From Candidatus Methylomirabilis limnetica (lineage in GTDB: Bacteria > Methylomirabilota > Methylomirabilia > Methylomirabilales > Methylomirabilaceae): a stretch of DNA of 21,336 bases. This document shows, piece by piece, positions 14,250 to 21,336 of this stretch. Under the pieces are notes generated by a model. It did not search any database, was not told the origin of the DNA, and was given only the letters and a program-made list of their open reading frames with translations. The stretch lies in contig NZ_NVQC01000032.1 of assembly GCF_003044035.1 (NCBI RefSeq), positions 1-21,336 on the forward strand. The letters are read 5' to 3'. Positions within the stretch are counted from its first letter, which is position 1; every line of letters starts with the position of its first letter. Both the position numbers and the translations under genes were made by a program.

Positions 14250-17200
14250 GTGAGCGAGATTCAGCCGCTGGCAGGAAAACAGATTTTAAGCCTGATCGCT
14301 CGGACCTGCGCAGCGATTGCGGCCGCGCTCGGGTGCGTCGCTATTGCCGGATGGGTTCTGGACCTGCCACAGCTTGCCAGTTTGGGGCCGGGCTGGATTC
14401 CGATGGCGCCGAGCACCGCGCTGCTGTTGGTGTTATTGGGCACCGCGGTGTTCTTCAATACCGGGGCGCCGCTACGCCGCAGCGCTCACTGGGCAAGCGT
14501 CGCCATCGGATCGGGCGTTGTAATCATCGGACTGCTGCTGTTTTGCCTTTCCTATCTGGGCATACGGCTTGAGGCAGAACACCTCGGCATCGCCATTGCC
14601 GGATCGGTAGGCGACTCGCCGATTGGGCATATCTCGCCGGCAACGGCGCTATGTGTCCTGGCCGGAGGCTTGTCGCTGGTGGCATCGCTTTGGTCATCCC
14701 CCGACCGGCCAGGGCCGGCGATGGCAGGTTTCTGGCTCGCCGCGCTCATGCTATCTGCTAGCGTAGTTTTCCTTCTTGGCTATCTTTTCGGGACGCCACT
14801 GTTCTATGCGGGACGGTTCATACCGCCCGCGTTGACGACGAGCATCGCGTTGGCGGCGCTCGGTACGGCGCTGCTTGCGCTCTCCGGGCCGCGTGCCTGG
14901 GCTCCCGGCGGGCAAATTGACCCGGAGACCCTGCGCGCAACGCGCTCGTTCGTGCTGGTATTTTCGCTCCTGGCGGCGGGCCTGGTCGCCACCGGCGCAA
15001 TTTATTTCCGCGGTCAGGTGACACAGCATCGCGCCGAGATCGAGCGCCAGCTATCGGCCATTGCCGAGCTGAAGGTAAGCGATCTGGTACGCTGGCGCGA
15101 AGAGCGCATTGGCGATGCAACGCTGCTTCAGCGGAACCCCGTTTTCGCCGACCTGGTGCGGCGCGCGTTCGGGGTCTCGCCGAATGGTAGGGCGCAGGAC
15201 CAGCTTCACGCCTGGCTGCGGCAAATCGTGGACGCCTATGGCTACGTCGGGGTTTCCCTGATCGATGCGCAGGGCGTGGCGCGGATCTCGGTTCCCGAAG
15301 CACCGATCGCCGTCGGCGCGCTCGAAAGTGCTCGCCAGGCCCTGCTGTCGGGCAAGATCAGTCTGGAGTATTTTCAGCGCGATGAACCGGGGGGTAAGCC
15401 CCGCCTGTTGCTGCGTGTTCCTATAGTCGACGCAACGGCCGGCGGCCGGCCGCTGGGAATCGTGACGTTTGGGATCGACCCCGAAAACTATCTTTATCCC
15501 TCTATCGAGCGCTGGCCCACGCTCAGCCGCACCGCCGAGACGCTGCTGGTGCGCCGCGACGGCAACGACGTGCTGTTTCTGAACGAGCTCCGGTTTCAGA
15601 AGAATACCGCGCTCTCGATGCGCTTTCCTTTGACCAGAACGGAACTGCCCGCAGTAAAGGCTGCGTTGGGACAAGTGGGAATTGTCGAAGGAACGGACTA
15701 CCGTGGAATGCCGGTCATCGCGGCCCTGCGCGCGGTGCCCGGTACGGCGTGGTTCCTGGTAGCCCGTATCGACACCGCGGAGTTTATGGAGTCGCTCGCA
15801 CAGGCCCTGTGGCTGACCGTCAGCATGGTAGCTACGCTGCTTCTTTCAGCCGGCGTGTCCCTGGGACTGATCTGGCGGCGCCAGCGCGTGCGCCATTACA
15901 CAGAACTAGCCCTGGCAGCCGATGCGCTGGGCCGGAGCAACGTGCAACTGCAATCCGAGATCGTCGAGCGCAGTCGCGTGCAGGACGAACTGCGCCGGAG
16001 CCTCGACCGGGCCGAGCGTTCCCGCCGCTCGATGCTCGGCGTGATGGAGGACGAGCGGCGCACCGGGCGGGCGCTCGCTCGGCGCACCGATCTCTACAAC
16101 ATGCTGTCGCAGTCCAACCAGGCGATCGTGCGCACCCCCAACAGCGGCGAGCTGTTCGAGGCCATCTGCCGGATCGCGGTCGAGCATGGTCACTTCCTCT
16201 TCGCTTCGATCAGCCTGATCGATCCGGCCGATGGCCTGATCCGGATGGCCGCGGTATACGGCGAGGACGCGGGGTACGCAGCCGAGGTGCACGCGTTGCG
16301 GGACAAATCCGATCCGCTCGGCGGCGATCTCGCCGGGCGCGCACTGCGCACCGGCGAGCACGTCATCTGCAACGACTTTCTCGCGGACCCGGCGCTCGCG
16401 CCCTGGCACCAGGCCGCGCGGCGCGCCGGGATCGGGGCAGCGGGGATATTCCCGATCCGGGAGGGAGGCGAGGTGCGCGGCGTCATTCGCCTGTATTCCG
16501 GCAAGCCCGGCTACTTCACCGACGACATGCTGCCGACGCTGCAGGAAATGGCGGCCGATGTCTCGTTCGCGCTCGACAACTACGCGCGCGAGACCGGGCG
16601 CAAGCGGGCCGAACAGGAAATCCTGGACCTCAACGCCTCGCTGGAGCTTCGCGTGGCCGAGCGCACGCTGCAGCTCGAGGAGGCGAGCCGCGCGAAATCG
16701 GACTTTCTCGCCAACATGTCGCACGAGTTGCGCACGCCATTGAACTCGATCATCGGTTTTTCCGAGATGCTGAAGGACGGCGTGCTCGGCGGGCTGGAGG
16801 CGAAGCAGCGCGGTTTCGTCACCGACATTTTCGACGCCGGCACGCACTTGCTTTCGCTCATCAATGATATCCTCGATCTCTCCAAGGTCGAGGCGGTGTT
16901 ACTGCAGATCGAAGCGGGCGCGGTGGACGTTGCTGCGCTGCTCAAGGCGAGCACGCTGGTGGTGCGGGAAAAGGCGGCGGCGCATCGCATCCGGCTCGAC
17001 ACCCACCTGGATCCGGCGCTCGGCGCCATGCTCGCCGACGAGCGGAAGCTGAAGCAGATCGCCTACAACCTGCTCGCGAACGCGGTCAAGTTCACCCCCG
17101 ATGGCGGCACGGTGATGCTGCGCGCCCGCCGTTGCACGCGCATCGAGGTGGCCCTCGACGAGGCCATGCCGGGGCGGCTCATCGCGCTGCCGCCGGGCGA

Positions 17201-17507
17201 GGACGCCGAGTTTCTCGCGATCACGGTCGAGGACAGCGGCGTGGGCATTGCCGAGGAGTACCTGCCGAAGCTGTTCGAGCCGTTCATGCAGGTGGACAGC
17301 TCCGTCGCCCGGCGCCAGGGCGGCACGGGGCTGGGACTTTTCCTCGTGCGGCGGCTTGCCGAATTGCACGGCGGCACGGTCGGCGTCGCGAGCCGCCCCG
17401 GGGCCGGCAGCCAATTCTGCGTATGGCTGCCCTGGCGTGAGGTCGCACCCGCCGTGCTAGAAGGCGCCGCGCCGCGCCGCGCGCTGCCGAAGCGCGCCGG
17501 GGACTGA
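14250..17507 (+). CDS. Large membrane sensor histidine kinase: polytopic N-terminal membrane module, Cache-like extracytoplasmic domain, TM, coiled coil, GAF, HisKA, HATPase_c
   Basis: GTG start with AAGGAAG 6 nt upstream. About 7-8 hydrophobic helices lie in the first 260 aa. Cache-like signature [35 protein letters not shown]-like block runs [12 protein letters not shown]...[14 protein letters not shown]-box [15 protein letters not shown]-box [10 protein letters not shown]1 DSGVGI, G2 [18 protein letters not shown]. Confidence 0.88.
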   Translation: MSEIQPLAGKQILSLIARTCAAIAAALGCVAIAGWVLDLPQLASLGPGWIPMAPSTALLLVLLGTAVFFNTGAPLRRSAHWASVAIGSGVVIIGLLLFCLSYLGIRLEAEHLGIAIAGSVGDSPIGHISPATALCVLAGGLSLVASLWSSPDRPGPAMAGFWLAALMLSASVVFLLGYLFGTPLFYAGRFIPPALTTSIALAALGTALLALSGPRAWAPGGQIDPETLRATRSFVLVFSLLAAGLVATGAIYFRGQVTQHRAEIERQLSAIAELKVSDLVRWREERIGDATLLQRNPVFADLVRRAFGVSPNGRAQDQLHAWLRQIVDAYGYVGVSLIDAQGVARISVPEAPIAVGALESARQALLSGKISLEYFQRDEPGGKPRLLLRVPIVDATAGGRPLGIVTFGIDPENYLYPSIERWPTLSRTAETLLVRRDGNDVLFLNELRFQKNTALSMRFPLTRTELPAVKAALGQVGIVEGTDYRGMPVIAALRAVPGTAWFLVARIDTAEFMESLAQALWLTVSMVATLLLSAGVSLGLIWRRQRVRHYTELALAADALGRSNVQLQSEIVERSRVQDELRRSLDRAERSRRSMLGVMEDERRTGRALARRTDLYNMLSQSNQAIVRTPNSGELFEAICRIAVEHGHFLFASISLIDPADGLIRMAAVYGEDAGYAAEVHALRDKSDPLGGDLAGRALRTGEHVICNDFLADPALAPWHQAARRAGIGAAGIFPIREGGEVRGVIRLYSGKPGYFTDDMLPTLQEMAADVSFALDNYARETGRKRAEQEILDLNASLELRVAERTLQLEEASRAKSDFLANMSHELRTPLNSIIGFSEMLKDGVLGGLEAKQRGFVTDIFDAGTHLLSLINDILDLSKVEAVLLQIEAGAVDVAALLKASTLVVREKAAAHRIRLDTHLDPALGAMLADERKLKQIAYNLLANAVKFTPDGGTVMLRARRCTRIEVALDEAMPGRLIALPPGEDAEFLAITVEDSGVGIAEEYLPKLFEPFMQVDSSVARRQGGTGLGLFLVRRLAELHGGTVGVASRPGAGSQFCVWLPWREVAPAVLEGAAPRRALPKRAGD

Positions 17508-17518
17508 GAGCACAACCG

Positions 17519-17893
17519 ATGGCGAAGATCCTGGTGGTGGACAACTACGCGCTGAACCTCAGGCTCGCCGTCACCGCGCTCCAGCAGGCGGGCCACGAGG
17601 TGCTGAGCGCGGGGGGCGGCGCCGAGGGCATCGAGGCCGCGCTGGCGCATGCGCCCGATCTCGTCCTTATGGACGTGCAGATGCAGGGCATGGACGGCAT
17701 CGCCGCGCTCGGGCGGCTGCGCGCCGATCCGCGCACCGCGGCGCTCAAGGTGGTCGCGTTCACCGCGCTCGCGATGAAGGGCGACGCCGAGCGGCTGTTC
17801 GCCGCGGGCTTCGACGGCTATCTCGAAAAGCCGATCCGCTACAAGGAGTTTCTGGCGAGTGTCGCGGCGCTGCTGGAAGGGAGGAACGAATGA
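17519..17893 (+). CDS. Single-domain CheY-like response regulator
   Basis: KILVVDNYALN...LMDVQMQGMDG...AFTALAMKGD...YLEKPI. The phospho-acceptor Asp, Thr and Lys are present. The N-terminal acidic pair reads DN instead of the usual DD. The gene starts 11 nt after the kinase stop. Confidence 0.85.
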   Translation: MAKILVVDNYALNLRLAVTALQQAGHEVLSAGGGAEGIEAALAHAPDLVLMDVQMQGMDGIAALGRLRADPRTAALKVVAFTALAMKGDAERLFAAGFDGYLEKPIRYKEFLASVAALLEGRNE

Positions 17894-17949
17894 GGCGCGC
17901 GTTACGGCTGTGCATGTTGCTTGCCGCACGCGGCGCAGGCGCGGCAGCG

Positions 17950-18060
17950 CTATTTGCCGCAGGGATTCACCCAGCGAAGGCCCGGAAAGCGGGCGAAGTC
18001 CGCGTCGGTCGAATACGGTACGTAGCCGCGCTCGATCGCCAGCGCGGCGGGATGATCGCT
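17950..18060 (-). pseudogene. C-terminal 36-codon remnant of a PIN-domain (VapC-like) toxin
   Basis: The minus-strand translation SDHPAALAIERGYVPYSTDADFARFPGLRWVNPCGK* matches the conserved PIN C-terminus (laA.A...g..l.T.D.DFarfpgl). No upstream part of the gene and no antitoxin are present. Confidence 0.6.
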
Positions 18061-18062
18061 GG

Positions 18063-18299
18063 TTGGAGATTGCGGTGACCGACACGGGGATCGGGATCGC
18101 GGAGGAGGACCTGCCGAAGCTCTTCAATCCGCTCGTCCAGCTCGATTCCGGCCTGGCGCGCCGGCACGGCGGCGTGGGGCTGGGACTGGCGCTCGCGCAC
18201 CGGCTGGCCAGGCTGCACGGCGACACGATCGAAGTAGAAAGTGAACCCGGCAAAGGCAGCACCTTCACGCTGCGTTTGTCCATACGGGAAGAATCATGA
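18063..18299 (+). pseudogene. C-terminal (G1-G2 box) remnant of a histidine kinase paralogous to 11546-12784 and 14250-17507
   Basis: LEIAVTDTGIGIAEEDLPKLFNPLVQLDSGLARRHGGVGLGLALAHRLARLHGDTIEVESEPGKGSTFTLRL aligns with the last 75 aa or so of both intact kinases. The upstream 68 codons of track ORF 17859-18299 are Arg/Ser-rich with no recognisable motifs. The stop overlaps the next gene's ATG as ATGA. Confidence 0.75.
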
Positions 18300-19723
18300 A
18301 CGAAGCGAAGAAAACCGCGCGGATACTGGTGGTTGACGACGATGAAAGAAACCGTAGGCTGCTGATCGCAATGCTCGAGGCCGAGGGCTATACGGTGCAG
18401 GAGGCGGTAGACGGCGAGCGCGCGCTCGAACTCGTGCGGCAGAGTCCGCCGGACATCATCCTGCTGGACATCATGTTGCCGGGCATCGATGGCTACGATT
18501 TGGCGCGCCTACTCAAGGCAAACGCCGCCACTCAGGCCATTCCCATCATCATGGTCACCGCGCTCGACGACCGTGCATCGCGGCTGCGCGGGCTGGAAGC
18601 CGGGGCGGAGGAATTCGTCACCAAGCCCGTGGACCGCAACGAGCTTCGCGTCCGCGTGCATAACCTGCTGCGCCTGAAGGAGTTCAGCGACTTTCTCGCC
18701 GATCACAACCGGATACTCGAAGAGCGGGTCATGGAGCGGACCGCTTCGCTGCATGAAAGCGAACAGCAGTTCCGCGGCCTGGTCGAGCAGTCGATCACCG
18801 GCATCTTCATTATCCAGGACGACAAGTTCACCTACGTCAACCCACGCTTCGCCGAGATCTTCGGCTACGAATCGGCCGAGGAGCTAATCGGCCGCCACCG
18901 GTTGATCATGGTCCCCGAGGCGGACCGCGGTGCCGTTACCGAACGCATACGCCGGCAGTTCGAACGCGATCCGAGTGTCGGTTACGAATTCAGCGCCGTG
19001 CGCAGGGACGGCTCTCCCATCGAGGTAGGGGTGCATGCCACCCGGGCAACCCACCAAGGCCGGCCTGCAATCATCGGGCTGATGCAGGATATCTCCGAGA
19101 AGAGCCGCGCCGAGGAGCAGATCAAGCGCTATGTCGAGCAACTGGAAACCGCGTTCATGAGCACCGTGAACGTGGCGACCACCTTGAGCGAAATGCGCGA
19201 TCCCTACACCGCCGGCCACGAGCGCCGCGTGGCACAGATCGCCGTTGCCATCGGCGCCGAACTTGGGTTCGATGCGCGCCGGCAGGAGGGGCTACGAGTC
19301 GCGGGCCACCTGCACGACATCGGCAAGATCACCGTTCCATTGGAGATTCTCAGCAAACCCGGGAAGCTGACCGCGATCGAATACCAGTTGGTCCAGGGCC
19401 ATGCGCAGGCGAGCTACGACGTGCTGAAGGACGTGAAGTTTCCCTGGCCGGTGGCCGATGTAGCGCTGCAGCACCACGAGCGCAGCGACGGCAGCGGCTA
19501 CCCGCAGGGGCTCAAGGGCGACGCGATCTTGCTCGAAGCGCGCATCATGGCGGTGGCCGACGGGGTCGAGGCGATTTCCTCGCATCGGCCCTACCGCCCG
19601 GGGCTCGGGATCGACAAAGCGCTCGCCGAGATCGAGTGCGGGCGCGGAACCGCCTACGACCCAGCCGTCACCGATGCCTGCCTGAAGCTATTCCGGGAAA
19701 AGGGCTACGTAATTTCTGCGTAG
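18296..19723 (+). CDS. Response regulator REC-PAS-HD-GYP (RpfG-like c-di-GMP phosphodiesterase)
   Basis: Receiver ILVVDDDERNRRL...LLDIMLPGIDG...VTAL...TKPV, followed by a PAS segment. HD-GYP motifs HLHDIGK and HHERSDGSGYPQG. Confidence 0.88.
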   Translation: MNEAKKTARILVVDDDERNRRLLIAMLEAEGYTVQEAVDGERALELVRQSPPDIILLDIMLPGIDGYDLARLLKANAATQAIPIIMVTALDDRASRLRGLEAGAEEFVTKPVDRNELRVRVHNLLRLKEFSDFLADHNRILEERVMERTASLHESEQQFRGLVEQSITGIFIIQDDKFTYVNPRFAEIFGYESAEELIGRHRLIMVPEADRGAVTERIRRQFERDPSVGYEFSAVRRDGSPIEVGVHATRATHQGRPAIIGLMQDISEKSRAEEQIKRYVEQLETAFMSTVNVATTLSEMRDPYTAGHERRVAQIAVAIGAELGFDARRQEGLRVAGHLHDIGKITVPLEILSKPGKLTAIEYQLVQGHAQASYDVLKDVKFPWPVADVALQHHERSDGSGYPQGLKGDAILLEARIMAVADGVEAISSHRPYRPGLGIDKALAEIECGRGTAYDPAVTDACLKLFREKGYVISA

Positions 19724-20001
19724 TCCCTGGCGACAGTGGAGGTGCGTGAGTGTCTGCGCGGCATTAATCGACCAAAGACTTCTTCCGGCAGATGCCGAAT
19801 GCCTTGCTCGCCCGCTACTTTCACGCGCGCAGCCCGCTCGGCATTAACCCATCTTACGCAGTTTGAGAATGGAAAACTAATAACGTCAAGCAGTTACAGC
19901 CCTGATCATGCGATTTTCTGCACTACATGTCAGCGGGTGACAAGCACGCGTCCATACAGCCCAAGAGACGCCATGGGTTACGCTCCGGAAACCTCCGAAC
20001 A

Positions 20002-20037
20002 CACCCCCACCTTCATCCTCCCCCATCAAGGGGGAGG
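20002..20037 (+). repeat. Single REP-like unit (arm CACCCCCACCTTCAT plus an 8-bp C/G hairpin)
   Basis: CCTCCCCC-ATCAA-GGGGGAGG at 20017-20037, preceded by the same arm motif seen at 10671. Confidence 0.65.
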
Positions 20038-20061
20038 AGCCATCCTAATTGAGCCCCCTTG

Positions 20062-20172
20062 GTAACTATTCAGGTAGATAGACTGTAGGCTTTTAGTCTG
20101 TAGGAACGCACCATGCGCAATTACTAACAGCTTACAGCTTACAGCCTACAGCCTAAACACCTTGTAGTTACG
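20062..20172 (+). mobile_element. Second family of small TIR-bounded element, copy 2 (111 bp), containing a 4 x 7-bp tandem array
   Basis: Termini GTAACTATTCAGG and CCTTGTAGTTAC. The tandem array ACAGCTT ACAGCTT ACAGCCT ACAGCCT lies at 20127-20154. Collinear with the reverse complement of 6786-6949. Confidence 0.65.
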
Positions 20173-20179
20173 TCACAAT

Positions 20180-20225
20180 ATAATATCAATGATGGTTCTC
20201 TCACACCATAATGTTCTGGCTCTTC
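20180..20225 (+). repeat. Right copy of the roughly 45-bp imperfect direct repeat (partner at 10858-10902)
   Basis: See the left copy. The 20-bp core at 20206-20225 is identical. Confidence 0.7.
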
Positions 20226-20329
20226 TGGGTTTTCTCCAGGTAAACGATAGCCCAATGAGTTCTCTGGCGTGGGATGAGCACAAATAAGGCTACCTTGACT
20301 TGTACAGACAAAAGATGTACAAATAAAAC

Positions 20330-20608
20330 ATGAGATATGAATGGGACTCCGAGAAGAACGAGTGGTTAAAAGAGGAAAGAGAGATCTCCTTCGAAAAGAT
20401 ACTATTTCATCTGGCCCGAGGTGACGTGTGGAAACTTGCCGGTCACCCCGATCAAGAGAACTATCCCAGACAGAGAATATATTTCGTGATTGTGGAGGAA
20501 TACATTTACCTTGTTCCTCATGTTGTCGAAAAAGATTACATCTTTCTGAAGACCATTATCCCGAGTCGAAAGGCAACCCAAGCATACAAAAAGGAGCAGG
20601 AGGGTTAA
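20330..20608 (+). CDS. brnT: BrnT-like (DUF497) type II toxin
   Basis: N-terminus YEWDSEKNEWLKEEREISFEKI (compare the FEWDe.Ka..N..kHGvsFeeA pattern) and C-terminus IIPSRKATQAYKK (compare IISARkAt..E...Y). It is followed 6 nt later by a CopG-like partner. Confidence 0.65.
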   Translation: MRYEWDSEKNEWLKEEREISFEKILFHLARGDVWKLAGHPDQENYPRQRIYFVIVEEYIYLVPHVVEKDYIFLKTIIPSRKATQAYKKEQEG

Positions 20609-20614
20609 CGACAC

Positions 20615-20887
20615 ATGAAATACAACAAAGAGGAGAAAGTCATTGTTGATGCCTATGAGAAAGGGCTGATGAAACTTTCAACTCCGGCCAAGAAGGAACT
20701 TGAAGCCATAAAGGCGACTGCCAGCAAGACCTTGGTAAAGAACAAACGTATAACCATACGCCTCTATGACCATGACTACAAGGGCATTCAAAAGAAAGCG
20801 ATGGAGTTGGGTATTCCTTATCAAACTCTCATTTCCGGCATCATCCATCGGTATATCGAGGGGGAACTGACTTCAAAAACCGGGTAA
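20615..20887 (+). CDS. brnA: BrnA-like antitoxin (C-terminal RHH)
   Basis: KRITIRLYDHDYKGIQKKAMELGIPYQTLISGIIHRYIEGEL matches the BrnA pattern (i.iRl...dl..lk.kA.e.GipYQtLiss.lHkY). Confidence 0.65.
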   Translation: MKYNKEEKVIVDAYEKGLMKLSTPAKKELEAIKATASKTLVKNKRITIRLYDHDYKGIQKKAMELGIPYQTLISGIIHRYIEGELTSKTG

Positions 20888-21209
20888 CTATCGGGTGCAG
20901 CCGATTGCGTTTTAAGGCGGTTGATCCATGCGTGCAGGCGTTTGATCCTGACTTAATATCTTGAGTACAAATGCATTCCCTGGGCATGAAAGAAGCCGTC
21001 ACTCTCCCGCCTCCCTGAGCGACTGTTCCGGCTCCTGCTACACGCACGTGTTAAACCGAGATGTAGGGGAGTCCACAGCCCAGTTGATAGACTCGGATTG
21101 GGTTCGGGCGGCTCGCTGTCGGAAGGCTGGATAGGCTCGCACAGGTGCAGCGTTTGCCATCGTCCGCATTCAGACAAATTTCTTGTTATTACTCAGAGCC
21201 TAAAATAGC

Positions 21210-21336
21210 GGCTCTTCGCGTAATCGAGTGGGTGAATTTCATGTTTTTCAGAGTGCCGGGAGCATGGACGTGAGTATTTTCAGCCTCAGATATTCTTCAT
21301 CCCGCAGCCCATACGCACGGCGTTGGATAACCCGTA
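21210..21336 (-). mobile_element. End of an ISL3-family insertion sequence (terminal IR plus transposase 3' end); the rest lies beyond the window
   Basis: GGCTCTTCGCG at 21210 matches the GGCTCTT terminus I recall for ISL3-family inverted repeats. It lies 38 bp from the stop of a transposase-like ORF that reads into the element from the right edge. Confidence 0.5.
21248..21336 (-). CDS. C-terminal 28 codons of an ISL3-family (DDE_Tnp_ISL3) transposase, partial
   Basis: The minus-strand translation RVIQRRAYGLRDEEYLRLKILTSMLPAL* resembles the conserved ISL3 C-terminus (K.iKR.AYGFRd.eyF.LKI). The ORF is open to the window edge. Confidence 0.5.
   Translation of the reverse strand, partial: RVIQRRAYGLRDEEYLRLKILTSMLPAL

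Noticed and set aside
11504-18283. Numerous long ORFs in alternative frames or antisense within the signalling block (for example 11504-12151 -, 12576-13250 +, 12607-13770 -, 15051-15674 -, 15749-16867 +, 15906-16847 -, 17063-18283 -)
   Set aside because: All overlap plus-strand genes that have complete kinase or receiver motif sets. Their translations are Arg/Ala/Gly/Pro-rich, as expected from stop-codon depletion in DNA of about 70% G+C.
19736-20065. 109-aa GTG-initiated ORF downstream of the HD-GYP gene
   Set aside because: It runs through a REP-like hairpin unit and into the boundary of the small TIR element. It has no recognisable motifs or ribosome-binding site. It is more likely decayed or non-coding sequence.
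20890-21177. 68-aa and 74-aa minus-strand ORFs between brnA and the IS end
   Set aside because: No motifs and no start context. They overlap each other in different frames. This is probably a degraded remnant of unknown origin.

Overview
Mosaic, accessory-rich bacterial window; I cannot assign a taxon by eye. All domain calls come from motif recognition in the translations, with no database search. No rRNA, tRNA or CRISPR array was found.

Layout:
- 1-1546 (-): 3'-truncated REC-PAS histidine kinase that ends in a C17 homopolymer.
- 1547-2395: about 850 bp with no convincing ORF.
- 2396-3086: vapBC (RHH antitoxin plus PIN toxin).
- 3228-4827: higBA-like toxin-antitoxin cassette bracketed by two direct copies of a 280-291 bp non-coding element with perfect 18-bp terminal inverted repeats.
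- 4905-10568 (-): CDF cation exporter, RodZ-like protein, NT5C-type HAD nucleotidase, and a 991-aa UvrD-type helicase fused to a Cas4-like Fe-S PD-(D/E)XK nuclease. The helicase stop and nucleotidase start overlap as ATGA.
- 10.6-11.5 kb: AT-richer repeat-filled spacer with decayed toxin-antitoxin gene fragments.
- 11546-19723: visibly higher-G+C block of paralogous two-component genes: REC-HK, REC-PAS, a 1085-aa membrane Cache-GAF kinase, a CheY-like REC, a PIN remnant fused to a kinase remnant, and REC-PAS-HD-GYP.
- 20330-20887: low-G+C brnTA-like pair.
- 21210-21336: end of an ISL3-like IS.

No single obviously new protein machine stands out. The most notable material is in the non-coding and mobile layer:
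- three families of small TIR-bounded or REP-like elements;
- one element inserted into a terminator stem with an 11-bp duplication;
- a pair of elements flanking toxin-antitoxin cargo;
- a deletion junction showing complementary decay of duplicated kinase/regulator modules;
- a translationally coupled helicase-nuclease/deoxyribonucleotidase pair.
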